Origin: Curvularia clavata
Taxonomy: Eukaryota
Assembly: GCA_023920165.1 (NCBI GenBank)
Contig: CP089278.1
Coordinates: 3,224,001 to 3,288,000 of the forward strand
Direction of reading: 5' to 3'
DNA: 64,000 bases
This document shows positions 50,584 to 62,032 of this stretch, piece by piece (the stretch's first letter is position 1; each line of letters begins with the position of its first letter). Made by a program: the position numbers and the translations under genes. The notes beneath the pieces were generated by a model that searched no databases, had not been told where the DNA came from, and saw only the letters and a list, made by a program, of their open reading frames with translations.

Positions 50584-51845
50584 ATGGAGTCACAACTGTC
50601 GAATTTCGAACGCCAAATTAAAGCGTTTTTAGACGCCAATACACCTATAAAAAATATAATAAATTACTTTCAAAAAAATCCACGGTCTATATATAACGCT
50701 ATAGCTCGAATAAAACGAAAATATAAGACTATTAGTCAGCAAAACAGAGCTAGTTTAGGCAGAATACCAAAGACAACTACTAGAGATATAAGAGCGTTAA
50801 ATAGAGATATAACGCGAAGTCTAAAAAAGCTAAAAAATAGATTATTAAACGAAAATAATCTAGAAATATCTAATAGAACTCTTCAAAGTGTTTCAAAAGC
50901 TGAGGGTTGGACTATAACAACTAGTCAAAAAAAGCCAATTTTAAACGCTAAAAAAGCTAAAAAACGGCTATTATACGCTAAAACTACGCTTAAAAAGCTT
51001 AGTAATATCAACGTTAAAAAGATTATATTTTCTGACGAGTCTGGAATCCAGCGTGGATATGGCTCTCGAGCCGAATTTTCTCGAAATAGGCCAAAATACC
51101 ACGAAAATATAAAACTATACTCTATCAAAGATACAAGTACGTTTAAAAATATTTCTAACTGGCTAAAAATAGTTATATATATATATAACTATATATATAT
51201 ATTATATTTTATATATCTAGCTGACTAAGCCAATTTTTAGCCCATGATATAACTATCCAAGTTTGGGGAGCTATTTGGATAGGTGGCAGATCCAATCTAG
51301 TGGTTATTAAGACGCCAAATAGCGTAGTTAAACATCGAAATCACCACTATATTAGAAAATGTCTAATCCCGTATGTAAAACCGAATATAAAACGCGGTAA
51401 GTTTTACCATATATTTTTACTTATATATAGTTATATATATATATATATACTTATATATATATATATCTAACTAGTATAAAATACTTTACTAATATATAGC
51501 TATCTAGGCTGGAAATTCCAACAGGATAACGCAACAATCCACAAGGCTAGAAACGTTTTAGACTGGTTTAAGCGCCATAAAATTACACTTTTCGACCATC
51601 CAGCGTATAGCCCAGATCTAAATCCAATAGAAAACGTATGGAGCTTGTTTAAAAACCGGCTTACTAAGCTGCCAAGCTGTAGTCTTGGCACTGGCGCTAG
51701 TGAGACTAGTATAAATACGTTTATTACAGCTATTCACCAAGAGTGGCATAAAATACCACAAAAAGACATAGATAGCTGTATTTTATCTATGCCAAAACGC
51801 TATAATAGAGTAGTAGAAGCTAGGGGCTGGTATACTAAGTATTAG
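50584..51845 (+). CDS. Tc1 DD34E transposase, 3 exons, about 348 aa, open reading frame
   Basis: Exons 50584-51136, 51241-51396 and 51508-51845 (GTACGT/GTAAGT donors, TAG acceptors) splice without stops: IFSDES ... VWGAIW ... FQQDNATIH ... PAYSPDLNPIENVW, with 34 residues between D and E. Confidence 0.85.
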
Positions 51846-52452
51846 ACAGTAATTTACAATTATTATCTAATTTAAATACTAAAATATAATTTATATATAT
51901 ATCTACTAACTTAGATAGACAACTATAGCTTAAGACTATATATATTATATATATAGACTAGTAGTGTCTTTCTATATATAGATATATATATAAAATCCAA
52001 AAAACAAGCGCGAAAAAATAGCTTAAAGTTGGCGTTTTTTTTTCTCTCTACTTTAGTATTCTTTAGTATACTCTGTATGCTTAGTAAGCAGTATTTCAAA
52101 TACTAGCTTTTAAGATCTAGTAAATCTCTATATAAAGATTAAATTTTCTTATTATTAGTTATTATATAAGCTGAGATATAGCTATTTGAAATTAGCTATT
52201 TTTTCCTGTACTCTTTCTTTTTGTCACCCCACTGTAATATAAGGGCGCGGGCCCTCGACAGTGTCGTGATATCGGCGCACTGGTAGGTCACCAGGTAATC
52301 GAGAACCCTAGGCAAACTACTCAACACCCTACTAAGAGAACCGCGCGCCTATAGGGCAGTAAGAATGTTAATTGAATATGCTCTCAGAACAAGATTACTA
52401 ATCTATATGAGTGTAGACGATTAGAAGAACTATAGGACGGGCATGAGCCAAT

Positions 52453-52660
52453 TGTTACACGGGGTTGGCTTATACTTCTCTAAGTCTCAGTCCGGGTTAG
52501 GGCGAGCTAGCTGGTCAGCAGTACGCCGTGCGATTGCCGAGTAATTCCGATGCAAAAGAGTTATGGATATTCAACTAATAGTAAAGACAATCTATTCTAA
52601 CCAGTTAACTATTAATCTTATTATGTAAACCAACTTGTAAGAAAGTACAATTTGAGTTGA
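52453..52660 (+). repeat. LTR-like repeat, copy B (inverted relative to 41380-41597)
   Basis: Starts TGTTACACGGGGTTGGCTTATACTTCTCTAAGTC; diverged match to copy A. Confidence 0.75.
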
Positions 52661-53643
52661 CCACAACGAGTCTAGTAGTGAAACCCGTCCATCCTTTATA
52701 CCTATTACAATCCGCCGGCGCTCGTCAGTCCAGCCAACACGTTTCCAGCATCGAATCCAGCCACCTTGTTATACATTTTGAGACGCGGTCTAATGCACAG
52801 CGATAACTACTTTGTAACGTAAAGACATACTATTATGTCGCCCTCGCTGTTGTCCCCTCCGCTGGCTAAACGAAATCCCTAACCAAGCCTACGAACAACT
52901 TCTTGAGGCCACCGAGCAACATGCCTTTTCCTTCGTTGAGATCGGTGGGTATGAGGGCTATCCTCTGTTGATCCCTGAGATTGTTCATAGCGGTTTGGGA
53001 CTGGGCTATGACATCCGAACCGGAGTTGCAAAGAATCCCTTGGATTGGTCTGCCATGACAGATTCGTCAGTCATCGTGGATAGCCGTTTAGACCGAGCCA
53101 TGATCAAAATCAGCCTCAAACTGAAGGCAAAGTATCCAAACTTGATGTTCTCGGGCTGCACACGTCTATATGAGGTCAAAACCCCAGATGGTCAGGAGAT
53201 GAGTCTTCATGAAGGACGGACAGCTGCGAGCAAAACCAGATCCAAAGACAGATGCCGGGATCGCGCAAAGATGTCGAGAATTCCATGGGGGTTTATACCC
53301 GAGATCAGATATTGTTGTTGCCGATGACCCTTTTGCCGAGATCGCTGCACGTACATGGATTGACGAGTATGCGAAGTTGAACCGTAGCAAATTGTTGGAA
53401 ATGAGCTATGATAAGTGGCTTCGGACAGCAGGGAAGACGGTTTACAGTGCTGTATGGGAACTCTAAGGCCCTTTTGAAGCAAACACTGTCTCTTTAACCA
53501 TAAGCAGCGACCTGCGCATTCAAATGCCACAGTGATAGGGTAAAATCTGTCTGGGCACATGTGGGCTAGGTCCATTTGACATCGGCTTATAATGATATAA
53601 CTTTTCTTCTTCAATTTCAATGTTTGACTCCAAAGTTCGCCTT

Positions 53644-55527
53644 TCAGATGATCTGAAACATCACCTCCGAAGCATCAGCCTGCTTCAGAGCTTCTCCATT
53701 CATAAATCCATCAAGGTAACATTCCCCTACAATTGTGAATCGCTCCTCGTCTTCCCGTTTGCGTAGCAACATGGGGACACTACAACCATAAAGAATGCAG
53801 ACTAGGTCTCCCGTTGTGGCCTTTGCCGGCACCGTCCCAACACGGCCTTTGTAGCTACTCATCAAGCGTAGTGACATTCGAACAGAAACGTCAAAAAATC
53901 TGCCATAGAAAGAATCTTGGATGTACTCGTCCTGATTTGGAGGTAGGTGAGCGAGCGCAGCAGTCTTCTCATCTTGGACACTTCTGAGAACATTCTCAAA
54001 GCTCTGTCCGTTGAAACAAAGCGATGCCATCGATTGGAACCAGTCTCGAAACTCCTTGTTGATAACATGTGGACTCTCTGTAATAAGCAGTAGACACAGA
54101 TTTAGGAAGTCGTTGTAGAACTGCACTGTAGGCATGGGATAGCGCAGATATCGATCTCCGCGGCCAAGAACCAAGCTTCGACAGATGCTTTCCAGGGTCT
54201 CTGTTGGTGATCGTGCCCCTTCATGTGGCTGTGCATGACGCTCTGTGCTTCGAACACCTTGAGCAATCTCAGACCCGGCTATACTATCGATTTCATCGAT
54301 AACAAGTCCACGTGCGACTAGCACGGAGCCTTCGAAACCAAACACCGCTGCTGTGGACCCGCATGCAGAATATCGAGTTGATCGTTCAGCATACTCAAAA
54401 GTTTTCGGAGGACGAAGATTTCCCACAGTGCTACACGAGCTTTGACTGATCATCAGAGGAACAACCAGAGGCTGCAATCGTGTACGCCAGTCGGGGACCC
54501 AAGATGGAAGCGAAGAGGCAGCCGTAGTGCTGAATAAGGAGGCAAAGCTGAGGATGTCCAGGCACTTGTGATGCTCAATGAAGGACTGGGCGAAGCGTAG
54601 ATAAACTTCGTCAGTATGCCAATGATAGTTCACCTCGAGGCCATGATTCTCGGCAGCGAGCGCAGCCAAGCCATACAATCGATCCCGATCATCCGTGGCT
54701 TCGTTACTGCAGAAGTACGCTACCAGCGCTAGTAAAGTCAACCCTAAGCCTTTTTCGGGCTTGGAAATGATCTTTTGCAGTAGCCATGCCCTTCGGCGAT
54801 TCCATGCATGATGGAAAGCGATCGAGTCCTTGAATCCAGTAGTGTTGCACCTATCTGCGACCCACAAGGCAGCACAAACGGCAGTTCTGCTGACGTTGCG
54901 GATCCCGCACAGAAAAGAAACGCTTGACGGTATCACGAACTCTTGTATCGTCCAGACTCTTGTCCACCACTTCCGGAGGAAGAAGTTCCTCAAAGCTATC
55001 CAATCAAGCTGCTGATCTTCTTCCTGTAAGAGAACGCGCATTTCTTCGTCACTGTGGCCGGCACGACTCAGCTTGTTGAGCGAGCAGACGAAATCCAGAG
55101 CGCGGTCGCTATCATCCGATTGTTCACCTAGCCACACAATAGTGTTGTGAGCTCTGCGGTAGATATCCTTCATCCGCCTAACATGTTCACCTCTTTCGTG
55201 AATGTTCGCTTGGTCGATGCAAATGGAATCGATCCACCACCATGTCCCATCCAACAGAGTGCCCTTCGATCTCAGTGCCTGCACGAATGACCGCAATGAA
55301 TCAAGGGCTGGAAGATACTTTTCTCCGATCTTTAAGTTCCATTGTCTGTCAGATTCGGGATGATGCTTTCCCCAGGTGTAAGAGAGAGCGGTGTATCGTA
55401 GGTAAGACGCGCTCGCTGGGAAGATCTTGAGAACTGCGCATACGTGATCATTATCCTCAACGAAGCGACACATGCGAAGCTCATCCGGCTGTACAGGATC
55501 GTAGGAGTAGCGACTGAATTTGTCCAT
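53644..55527 (-). CDS. Intact single-exon HET-domain protein (HET-6-like)
   Basis: YTALSYTWG; WWWIDSICIDQ; WWTRVWTIQE; ATDDRDRLYGL; LPSWVPDW; GDLVCILYGCSVPMLLR...VGECYLDGFMNGE. Likely ATG at 55527. Confidence 0.9.
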   Translation of the reverse strand: MDKFSRYSYDPVQPDELRMCRFVEDNDHVCAVLKIFPASASYLRYTALSYTWGKHHPESDRQWNLKIGEKYLPALDSLRSFVQALRSKGTLLDGTWWWIDSICIDQANIHERGEHVRRMKDIYRRAHNTIVWLGEQSDDSDRALDFVCSLNKLSRAGHSDEEMRVLLQEEDQQLDWIALRNFFLRKWWTRVWTIQEFVIPSSVSFLCGIRNVSRTAVCAALWVADRCNTTGFKDSIAFHHAWNRRRAWLLQKIISKPEKGLGLTLLALVAYFCSNEATDDRDRLYGLAALAAENHGLEVNYHWHTDEVYLRFAQSFIEHHKCLDILSFASLFSTTAASSLPSWVPDWRTRLQPLVVPLMISQSSCSTVGNLRPPKTFEYAERSTRYSACGSTAAVFGFEGSVLVARGLVIDEIDSIAGSEIAQGVRSTERHAQPHEGARSPTETLESICRSLVLGRGDRYLRYPMPTVQFYNDFLNLCLLLITESPHVINKEFRDWFQSMASLCFNGQSFENVLRSVQDEKTAALAHLPPNQDEYIQDSFYGRFFDVSVRMSLRLMSSYKGRVGTVPAKATTGDLVCILYGCSVPMLLRKREDEERFTIVGECYLDGFMNGEALKQADASEVMFQII

Positions 55528-56101
55528 GCTGGAGAAAACGACACGCGGCGCGATGGTAGGTTGCGGATTCCCAAGATGAAGACGGTTGTGATTTTTGCGC
55601 ACAAGGCTCAAGCTCACACAGAATGCGTAGAGGCGCTCACATGTAGAGGTGTCTCACTCTTATCTGATGGTATGGCGCTCTCTGCGAGAACCTTGTAAAT
55701 CAGGCTGCAGATGAGCGTGGCTGAGTGCAGCTTGGACCACCAATAATGGCAGTGCACCCCGCAGCACATACGGAAGCCTGATTGACAAGACTAAAAGCGC
55801 AAATGATATGATAGGGTCTATTTCGACGAGTCACGTGGCGCTTAGATGCAGGCAAAACCTCTGCACGGAGGCCTCGCCCCATCATCAAATCAACACTCAG
55901 CCTCATCAGCTTGAGCTTGAATTACAACGCCACGCCGACTCTCTATCGAATAGAGAGGCTATTCGAGCCTCGCGTTATCGTCTCTCACGTCTCGTACGCC
56001 TCGCGTGTTGTTTACGAGTCGCCGTCGCTTTTGTTGCTTGTTGGAGCTTTTCTAGCCTCCAGTCGCCCCGGCCGTTACCTACTACTGCCTCAGTTACAAT
56101 C

Positions 56102-57000
56102 ATGCCCGACGGCTCCAGCGCGTTGGTAAAGCCAGCCGTGCTCGCCCATCTCGACCCCTTACTGGTTGCCCTTCTCTCAGCCTAGCAGAAGGCGGAATAC
56201 GTGAAGGAGCAGCTGGATCTTATGCGTGCTACAACGAAGCGCGCGCTATCGAGGAGTCGTCGCTACCGTTGCAGCGTAAAAGGTTTCACATGGGCCTCAG
56301 AGAGGACTAAGGTGAGGCTCCGCCCCCTCCTGCCATGGCCGCCGTAGGCGGGAAGTTTCCAGGCATTCCTCAACAGCTACTGCTGCAAATATACAAGAAT
56401 AAGTTCTAGCCAGCGTAGCAGCAGCCGCTCCTTAAGAAGGCTACGCAGCACCGCTCTATGTTAAGTGGCGAGGACGCTGAGGCCTCAGAGGCTAGGCTAG
56501 ATAAGCTACTGCGAGATTTTGGCACAAACCACGCTGTATGGTCTGGTTGCTTCGTCCTCTACGCGGAGCTCATAGGCAGGCTACATCCAAAGCACCTCAG
56601 CGCCGTGCTTGACATGCTAGCCTTGCACAGTCGTTTTGTAGAGTGGGCCCAGATCTACAAGTAGCCAGAGGCAGTGCTGCCGCTCGCCAACAATTAGCAT
56701 CAATACATGATTGACACCAACGCCTTGGACCTTACGTGGTGTTCGATCACGTTGGACTTCAAGGACTCGTATCTCTCGCAGCCAGCCCTAAAGCCATCCA
56801 AGAAGGACTACTCCGCGCGTTCCTCAGGGCACGTAAACACTAGTTACCGCAGCGAAAGTTTCGAGCATCGTCTAGTAAGCTGACTTGTGGAATCACGTGT
56901 TGAAGTTGTGCAACTTGAACCTTAGCAGAGGTACAGTAGATAAACGCATCAGCTACGCTAGCAGGGAGGACGGCCGACCCGCTCCACCCACAGAATTGCC
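56102..57000 (+). mobile_element. Relic of a gag-like ORF, possibly from a tyrosine-recombinase (DIRS/Ngaro-type) retroelement
   Basis: Fragments GKFPGIPQQLLLQIYKNKF*P, LRDFGTNHAVWSGCF and IYK*PEAVLPLA resemble fungal Ngaro/DIRS gag-like proteins as I recall them. Many stops. Confidence 0.4.
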
Positions 57001-58297
57001 ATGATCGTCTAGAATGGATGGCGTTGGGAAGGGCGTAGGGCCCTGCCAATCCTAACCACCATCACGGCTACTCGTCTCCCACAAACATGAACGATTCAAC
57101 CTTCTCATAACCCTTAGAGGTCAAACTAAAGCACGCCTCTACGGCGCTAGAGATTATAATGCTCGTATAAGGAGCCGTTAGTTATTTAACCGTACGATAG
57201 CTATATTACTAAAATATGTCGCGCCTCTCCACCTTCCTATATGCTTGCAACGATGGCGTTCTGCTAGTGCCACCCAGTCCACCTGCCGAAGCGTAGGCTT
57301 CGATTTATAGGGCCATTGTACTCTATCGTATCTTAAACCTCTCCTATCTCGTTGTGTTCCCCTTTAAGCCGAGACTAGATCTTGGCTGCTTGCTTGGTTT
57401 AAGAATCAGTGCTGGTGGGCGCGAGAAGTATGAGGATGTATTAGGCTTGATTAGATCGTTTCTTCGGTCTGCGGAGGGGTCAACGGCGGATTTCGGCGAG
57501 TGAGGGCGATGTGATGGTATGTCTCTACACTACAAAGTAGGTATCGCTGTGCGTTGGACCCTATCTCGAAGTGTGTGGGATGGCTGTGTCGGTAGAGGTA
57601 AAATGCGCTATTCCACCATTGTTCCTAAAATACCATAGTTCTGTTTGACATAATGTGTAGGCTGAAGAGCATCTTAAGCGTCTTCAGCATCTTGTTATCA
57701 ATTAGTAGTTGATATTTAATAGAGTACTGTTGTGACGTAGTAGGTACTATGTCAAGAATGCTACAAAAACGTATTGAAAAAATAACAACGATAACGAGTC
57801 TTTCTAATAATTACTAACCTCCATACTCTTATTCACCTTAGCGCATCGTCTCCGAAAGTTCTAGACGTAACTCTCAACCTGCTCCTCACTCCACTTCCAA
57901 AAACCTCTAGCCTTACCTTTAGTTATGTAATCTTTCCTAAGATCCATAATTCTGCCCTAGAGAACGATCTATTGCCCTTCCTTAAGGCTTACTGTATTAA
58001 GTAATAGTCCTGTAAATAACTCTACATAGGCGCCATATAACGGCGCATAAAGTATTAGTTTAAGTAGCAATCCTATTAAAAAACTTATATATCGCTATAA
58101 TTCGGATTTAAAATTTCCTAAGTTGAGTGACTTTTGCCCTATTAGACTAAGCAATTATACGCAAGACGGTAGGAGAACGACACTTACAATACTTATAGTA
58201 CCTTTATCTCGGAACCATCTTTAATACTCAATGGCACACAATATATTGGCCCCTTTGCTAGCCGCGTACTTGTATGACGCCGGCTTGTCTTTGTTAT

Positions 58298-58543
58298 CGT
58301 AAAGGCGCAGCCTGGACAGCGCAGCGGCATCGGGGCACTGGTGGGCCACGGGGCATAAGAGACCCATGGACAGAATACTCGACCCCCTACTATACACCCA
58401 CGGCAGAGAGAGAGTGTTGAGAAGAGCTCCCATGGAAACATATTTCCCACCTTTATAAATATAGATAGCTAGGAGCCCTAGAGCGGCATAAGTCAATTTT
58501 ATTCTTTCATCACTCATTGCTCACTGCTATCAGACTTCTTACA
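58298..58543 (+). mobile_element. Solo LTR (246 bp) inside the SDR pseudogene
   Basis: Termini CGTAAAG...CTTACA, exact 5-bp TSD GTTAT (58293-97 and 58544-48), internal TATAAATA. Removing it restores the SDR frame (LDY-N-KDK). Confidence 0.85.
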
Positions 58544-59085
58544 GTTATAATCCAAATTCTGCATGTCAATTCCTCCTGGTGGCGCGAAAACAGCTGCAAC
58601 GATTGAGGAAACCTAGACCACTCTCACGTCTCCAACCAGACTCGACTTAGTCGTCTGAATAAGTAATGGAGCGAGTAGCTTTATACATAGAAATGGTGCC
58701 ACGCAGTTTATCCCTAGCTGCAATTCGTACCCCTATTTCGTTTAGCTGCCTAAAGGTGGCGTTATAACGCCGGCATCGTTAAAGAGAACATCGAGCCTCT
58801 TTTCCTTCCCCAAAAACTCTTTAACGGCTGGCTTAATGCTCCCTAGGTCACTTAAATCCAACTTTAGGAAATGAAGATTACCCTTTAAATCTTAATAATG
58901 TTCTTTAATCCAAGACATGGCAGCATTTGTCTTTTCATTTGGACTTGTAACTATACAGGAGCCTTGCAAGCTCCTTCCCGGCACCTGCTGAGGCACCAGT
59001 AACAATACAGACTTTCGATAAGAGGTCTGTAAGTTATTTTTCGGTGAAGAACAGAACTGGAGGAAAGTAAAATAAGAATTAGCTA

Positions 59086-60947
59086 ACGTACCTCACGGGT
59101 TCGCGGTCCACACGGGTTCGCGGTCCACTTTTGCCAAGACCCCACCAAAATACCTACTACCCACAAATGTTACAACAACAACAGCAGTTACAGCCTTCTA
59201 GTGAATGTCAAATACAGCTTGCTCTTCAAGCTCTCAAACAGGACGCGAATCTCTCAGAACGACGCGCTGCAGCTCTTTATAACGTCTCTCGAACAACACT
59301 ACGTCAAAGACGCGACGGACGGGATTCACAAGCAGATCGCAGGCCTAAAACAATGAATCTAACTAAGCTTGAGGAGGAGGTGGTTGTTGAGCATATTCTT
59401 GATCTTGGTTCACGTGGATTTCCCCCTAGGCTCGCAGATGTGGCTAATATGGCCAATTCCTTGCGCGCTGAGCGCAATTTGGGCCAGGTTGGCCAAAACT
59501 GGCCCAGCACATTCGTTAAGCGCCGCCCTGAGCTTAAAGTAAAGTTTAATCGCAAGTATGACTACAAGAGAGCACTCTGTGAGGATCCTAAGGCTATTCA
59601 AGACTGGTTTGGCCTAGTAGCCAATATGAAAGCCAAGTATGGTATCCAAGATGACGACACGTACAACTTTGACGAGACAGGCTTTATGATGGGCCAGATT
59701 ACCCCTGGAGCAGTTGTTACAGCTTCAGAGAGACGTGGACGGCCAAAGACTATCCAGCCTGGCAATAGAGAGTGGGCGACGGTTATCCAGGGCATCAATG
59801 CGACCGGGTGGACGATTCCGCCCTTCATCATACTTAAGGCGCGCCACCACCTCTCAAGCTGGTACAAAGATGGAGATATACCCCAGAACTGGGTTATTGG
59901 AGTCTCTGAGAACGGCTGGACGACCAATGAGCTTGGTCTTGCGTGGCTAAAGCACTTTGATGAGCATACAAAGAAGAAGGTGGTAGGTACCCACCGTCTA
60001 CTCTTTATTGACGGCCATGAGAGCCACAACTCGCTGGATTTCCAAAAATACTGCAAAGATAACAAAATTGTTACTCTTTGCATGCCTCCACACTCGTCTC
60101 ACCTCTTACAGCCGCTTGATGTGGGCTGTTTTGCCCCTTTAAAGCAGGCCTATGGGCGCCAAGTCGAATCGCTCATGCGCACCCAGATCAACCACATCAC
60201 CAAACAAGAGTTCCTACCTTGCTTTAGGCGGGCTTTTGACGCATCATTTATAGCTAGCAATGTCCAAGGAGGGTTTCGAGGCGCTGGATTGGTCCCATTT
60301 GACCCAGAACGGGTCATATCCGCCCTTAATGTCCAGTTGCGCACTCCATCACCCCTACCTGTCGATACCCAGCCCTGGCTGTCGCAAACCCCGAGGAATA
60401 CCCTTGAAATAGGGTCGCAATCGACGCTAGTGAAGCAGAGGATTCAGAGGCACCTAGACAGCTCACCAACGTCTATGGTGGAGGCTTTTGAGAAGGTCTC
60501 AAAGGGGGCAGCTATTATCGCGCATAAGCTAGTGTTGGCACAAAAACGGATTAGTGAGCTTGAAGCAGCTAACGCAGCCGCCACGCGACGAAAATCGCAC
60601 AAAAGAAAGCGGGTTCAGGCAGAGGGGACCTTAACAGTTGAAGATGGGGCGCGCTTGACTGCTCTCCAGGACTTTGGGGTGCGTAGTGATGGGAAGAAGT
60701 CAAAGAAGCAGAAGCGCGCTGAAGTGGGTGAACCGTCTCAACGGCGGTGTGGACGGTGCAATAGGACTGGGCATAACGCGCGAACGTGTAAGAATGAAGC
60801 AGAAGTAGGCTCTGAATAGTATTTTATGTTTTTTTGCATTAAACTGGCCAAGGTTGGGCTGTATTAGGCCATAATGTGGTGGTTTTGGTGGGGTCTTGGC
60901 AAAAGTGGACCGCGAACCCGTGTGGACCGCGAACCCGTGAGGTACGT
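59086..60947 (+). mobile_element. Molly-like pogo/Fot1 transposon, copy 2 (1862 bp), intact, apparently identical to copy 1
   Basis: Same TIRs; TA TSDs at 59084-85 and 60948-49; identical 562-aa translation in the ORF track. Confidence 0.95.
59167..60819 (+). CDS. pogo/Fot1 transposase, identical to 48370-50022
   Basis: Same motifs and translation as copy 1. Confidence 0.95.
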   Translation: MLQQQQQLQPSSECQIQLALQALKQDANLSERRAAALYNVSRTTLRQRRDGRDSQADRRPKTMNLTKLEEEVVVEHILDLGSRGFPPRLADVANMANSLRAERNLGQVGQNWPSTFVKRRPELKVKFNRKYDYKRALCEDPKAIQDWFGLVANMKAKYGIQDDDTYNFDETGFMMGQITPGAVVTASERRGRPKTIQPGNREWATVIQGINATGWTIPPFIILKARHHLSSWYKDGDIPQNWVIGVSENGWTTNELGLAWLKHFDEHTKKKVVGTHRLLFIDGHESHNSLDFQKYCKDNKIVTLCMPPHSSHLLQPLDVGCFAPLKQAYGRQVESLMRTQINHITKQEFLPCFRRAFDASFIASNVQGGFRGAGLVPFDPERVISALNVQLRTPSPLPVDTQPWLSQTPRNTLEIGSQSTLVKQRIQRHLDSSPTSMVEAFEKVSKGAAIIAHKLVLAQKRISELEAANAAATRRKSHKRKRVQAEGTLTVEDGARLTALQDFGVRSDGKKSKKQKRAEVGEPSQRRCGRCNRTGHNARTCKNEAEVGSE

Positions 60948-62019
60948 TACCCATGACTACATTTTATAAAGCCTTCAATATTTTGCTTATTTCAGTCTAA
61001 TCGTTTCGCGGATGATTTGTCGGTAACGCTCTTTCTTTTAACCCCTTAAAACAAAAAGATCATATCTTCCTATTCATTAAGCGTCTTATTTATGCTTACG
61101 TAGTTTCGGACAAACTGGTCAGATTTCCAAGCTTATCACGGCCTAATAATTAGTAGCCGGAGGAAGTTTTGTGGAGAAAACAGAGTGCACATCGGACTTG
61201 ATAGACAATTTGCCTTTGGCCAGAGGGTAACAAATGGCTAGATACGGACGGAAACCCTAACACTAAGCCTATTTCAGCGCGAACTAAGCCTCTTTCGTCA
61301 TCTCACATTAGTGAGGAAACACCACGCACATTGCCACTGATTGCGGAAGATTCTTGGAGGTTGCCAAGACGAGGTCATCAAAACCTCCTGGAAAGGGGTA
61401 GCTTAGGGCATGTAAAGACGGTGCTACAGGTTTCGGTGGCTGCTCTGCAACCCCAGATCAAACTTCTATCGCTGTGCCGCCGTATAGCGTATTCAGCCGG
61501 CCACCAGATCGGAAGGGCCTGCGAACCCACTGCGAACGCCGTCTTGCCTATGTGCACAGCTTGGAGGATAAAGTTGCAGTATTCACTGCCGCCAGCAGCC
61601 TTATTAGCTGAAAATGAGGCTCTGGCCCTTCTTGTATTCTCTATCATATCGACTAGACGCTTTATCTATGGCTAGTATATTCGTCGCGATGCCCAAACGC
61701 AGGGGTTTCGCTAGTCTAATCCAGCGTAGGTCCGTCCGTCGTCCGGCCCCTCTACGCTAATGCGGCTAGAAGCCTTTCACTGTGAGTAACATGATGTGGT
61801 CTCGGGATGCGGTGTCCGGACAACAGGATGTATACAGACGAGTTGAGGTCGCAGCTAGCGGGACGACACTAGAACAAACTACCGCTTACGCTGCTGAAGC
61901 ATAAAGGCGAGAATGTTGAATCTGTGCAAAGTTGTGTCGTAGGTCTGCACTGCAGCTGTGAAGTTCCCCACACGGTTTTAAGCTAGCCTCAGTGTCAGTG
62001 GGCAGATTTCGTACTGCGC

Positions 62020-62032
62020 ATCGTCTGATTGG
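62020..62032. promoter_or_regulatory. Possible SRE-like palindrome overlapping an inverted CCAAT box in the CYP51 promoter
   Basis: ATCGTCTGAT (ATC-N4-GAT) overlaps ATTGG, 160-172 bp upstream of the ATG. Motif match only. Confidence 0.3.

Larger units (their letters stand above)
48263..52234 (+). mobile_element. Tc1-family (DD34E) transposon with about 330-bp TIRs, AT-rich; left TIR interrupted by a Molly-like element
   Basis: Ends CAGTGGGGTGACAAAAAGAAAGAGTA... and ...TACTCTTTCTTTTTGTCACCCCACTG with TA TSDs at 48261-62 and 52235-36. 50153-50459 is the near-perfect reverse complement of about 51903-52208. Confidence 0.92.
57861..60954 (-). pseudogene. Short-chain dehydrogenase (retinol-DH/WWOX-like) pseudogene, divergent from CYP51, interrupted by a solo LTR and Molly copy 2
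   Basis: Removing the inserts gives MGS*FLFYFPPVLFFTEK*LTDL..KVCIVTGASAGAGKELARLLY...LKLDLSDL...[10 protein letters not shown]...GYELQLGINCVAPFL...LDYNKDKPASYKYAASKGANIL...WSEEQVESYV*. Several stops look like CAA>TAA and TGG>TAG changes. Confidence 0.85.

Noticed and set aside
58221..58517. 98-aa ORF MSDERIKLTY...
   Set aside because: Chance read-through from the solo LTR into the SDR pseudogene.
48289..60947. Origin as one composite transposon bounded by the two Molly copies
   Set aside because: Each copy has its own reconstructable empty site (Tc1 TIR; SDR codons 2-3), so they are independent insertions.
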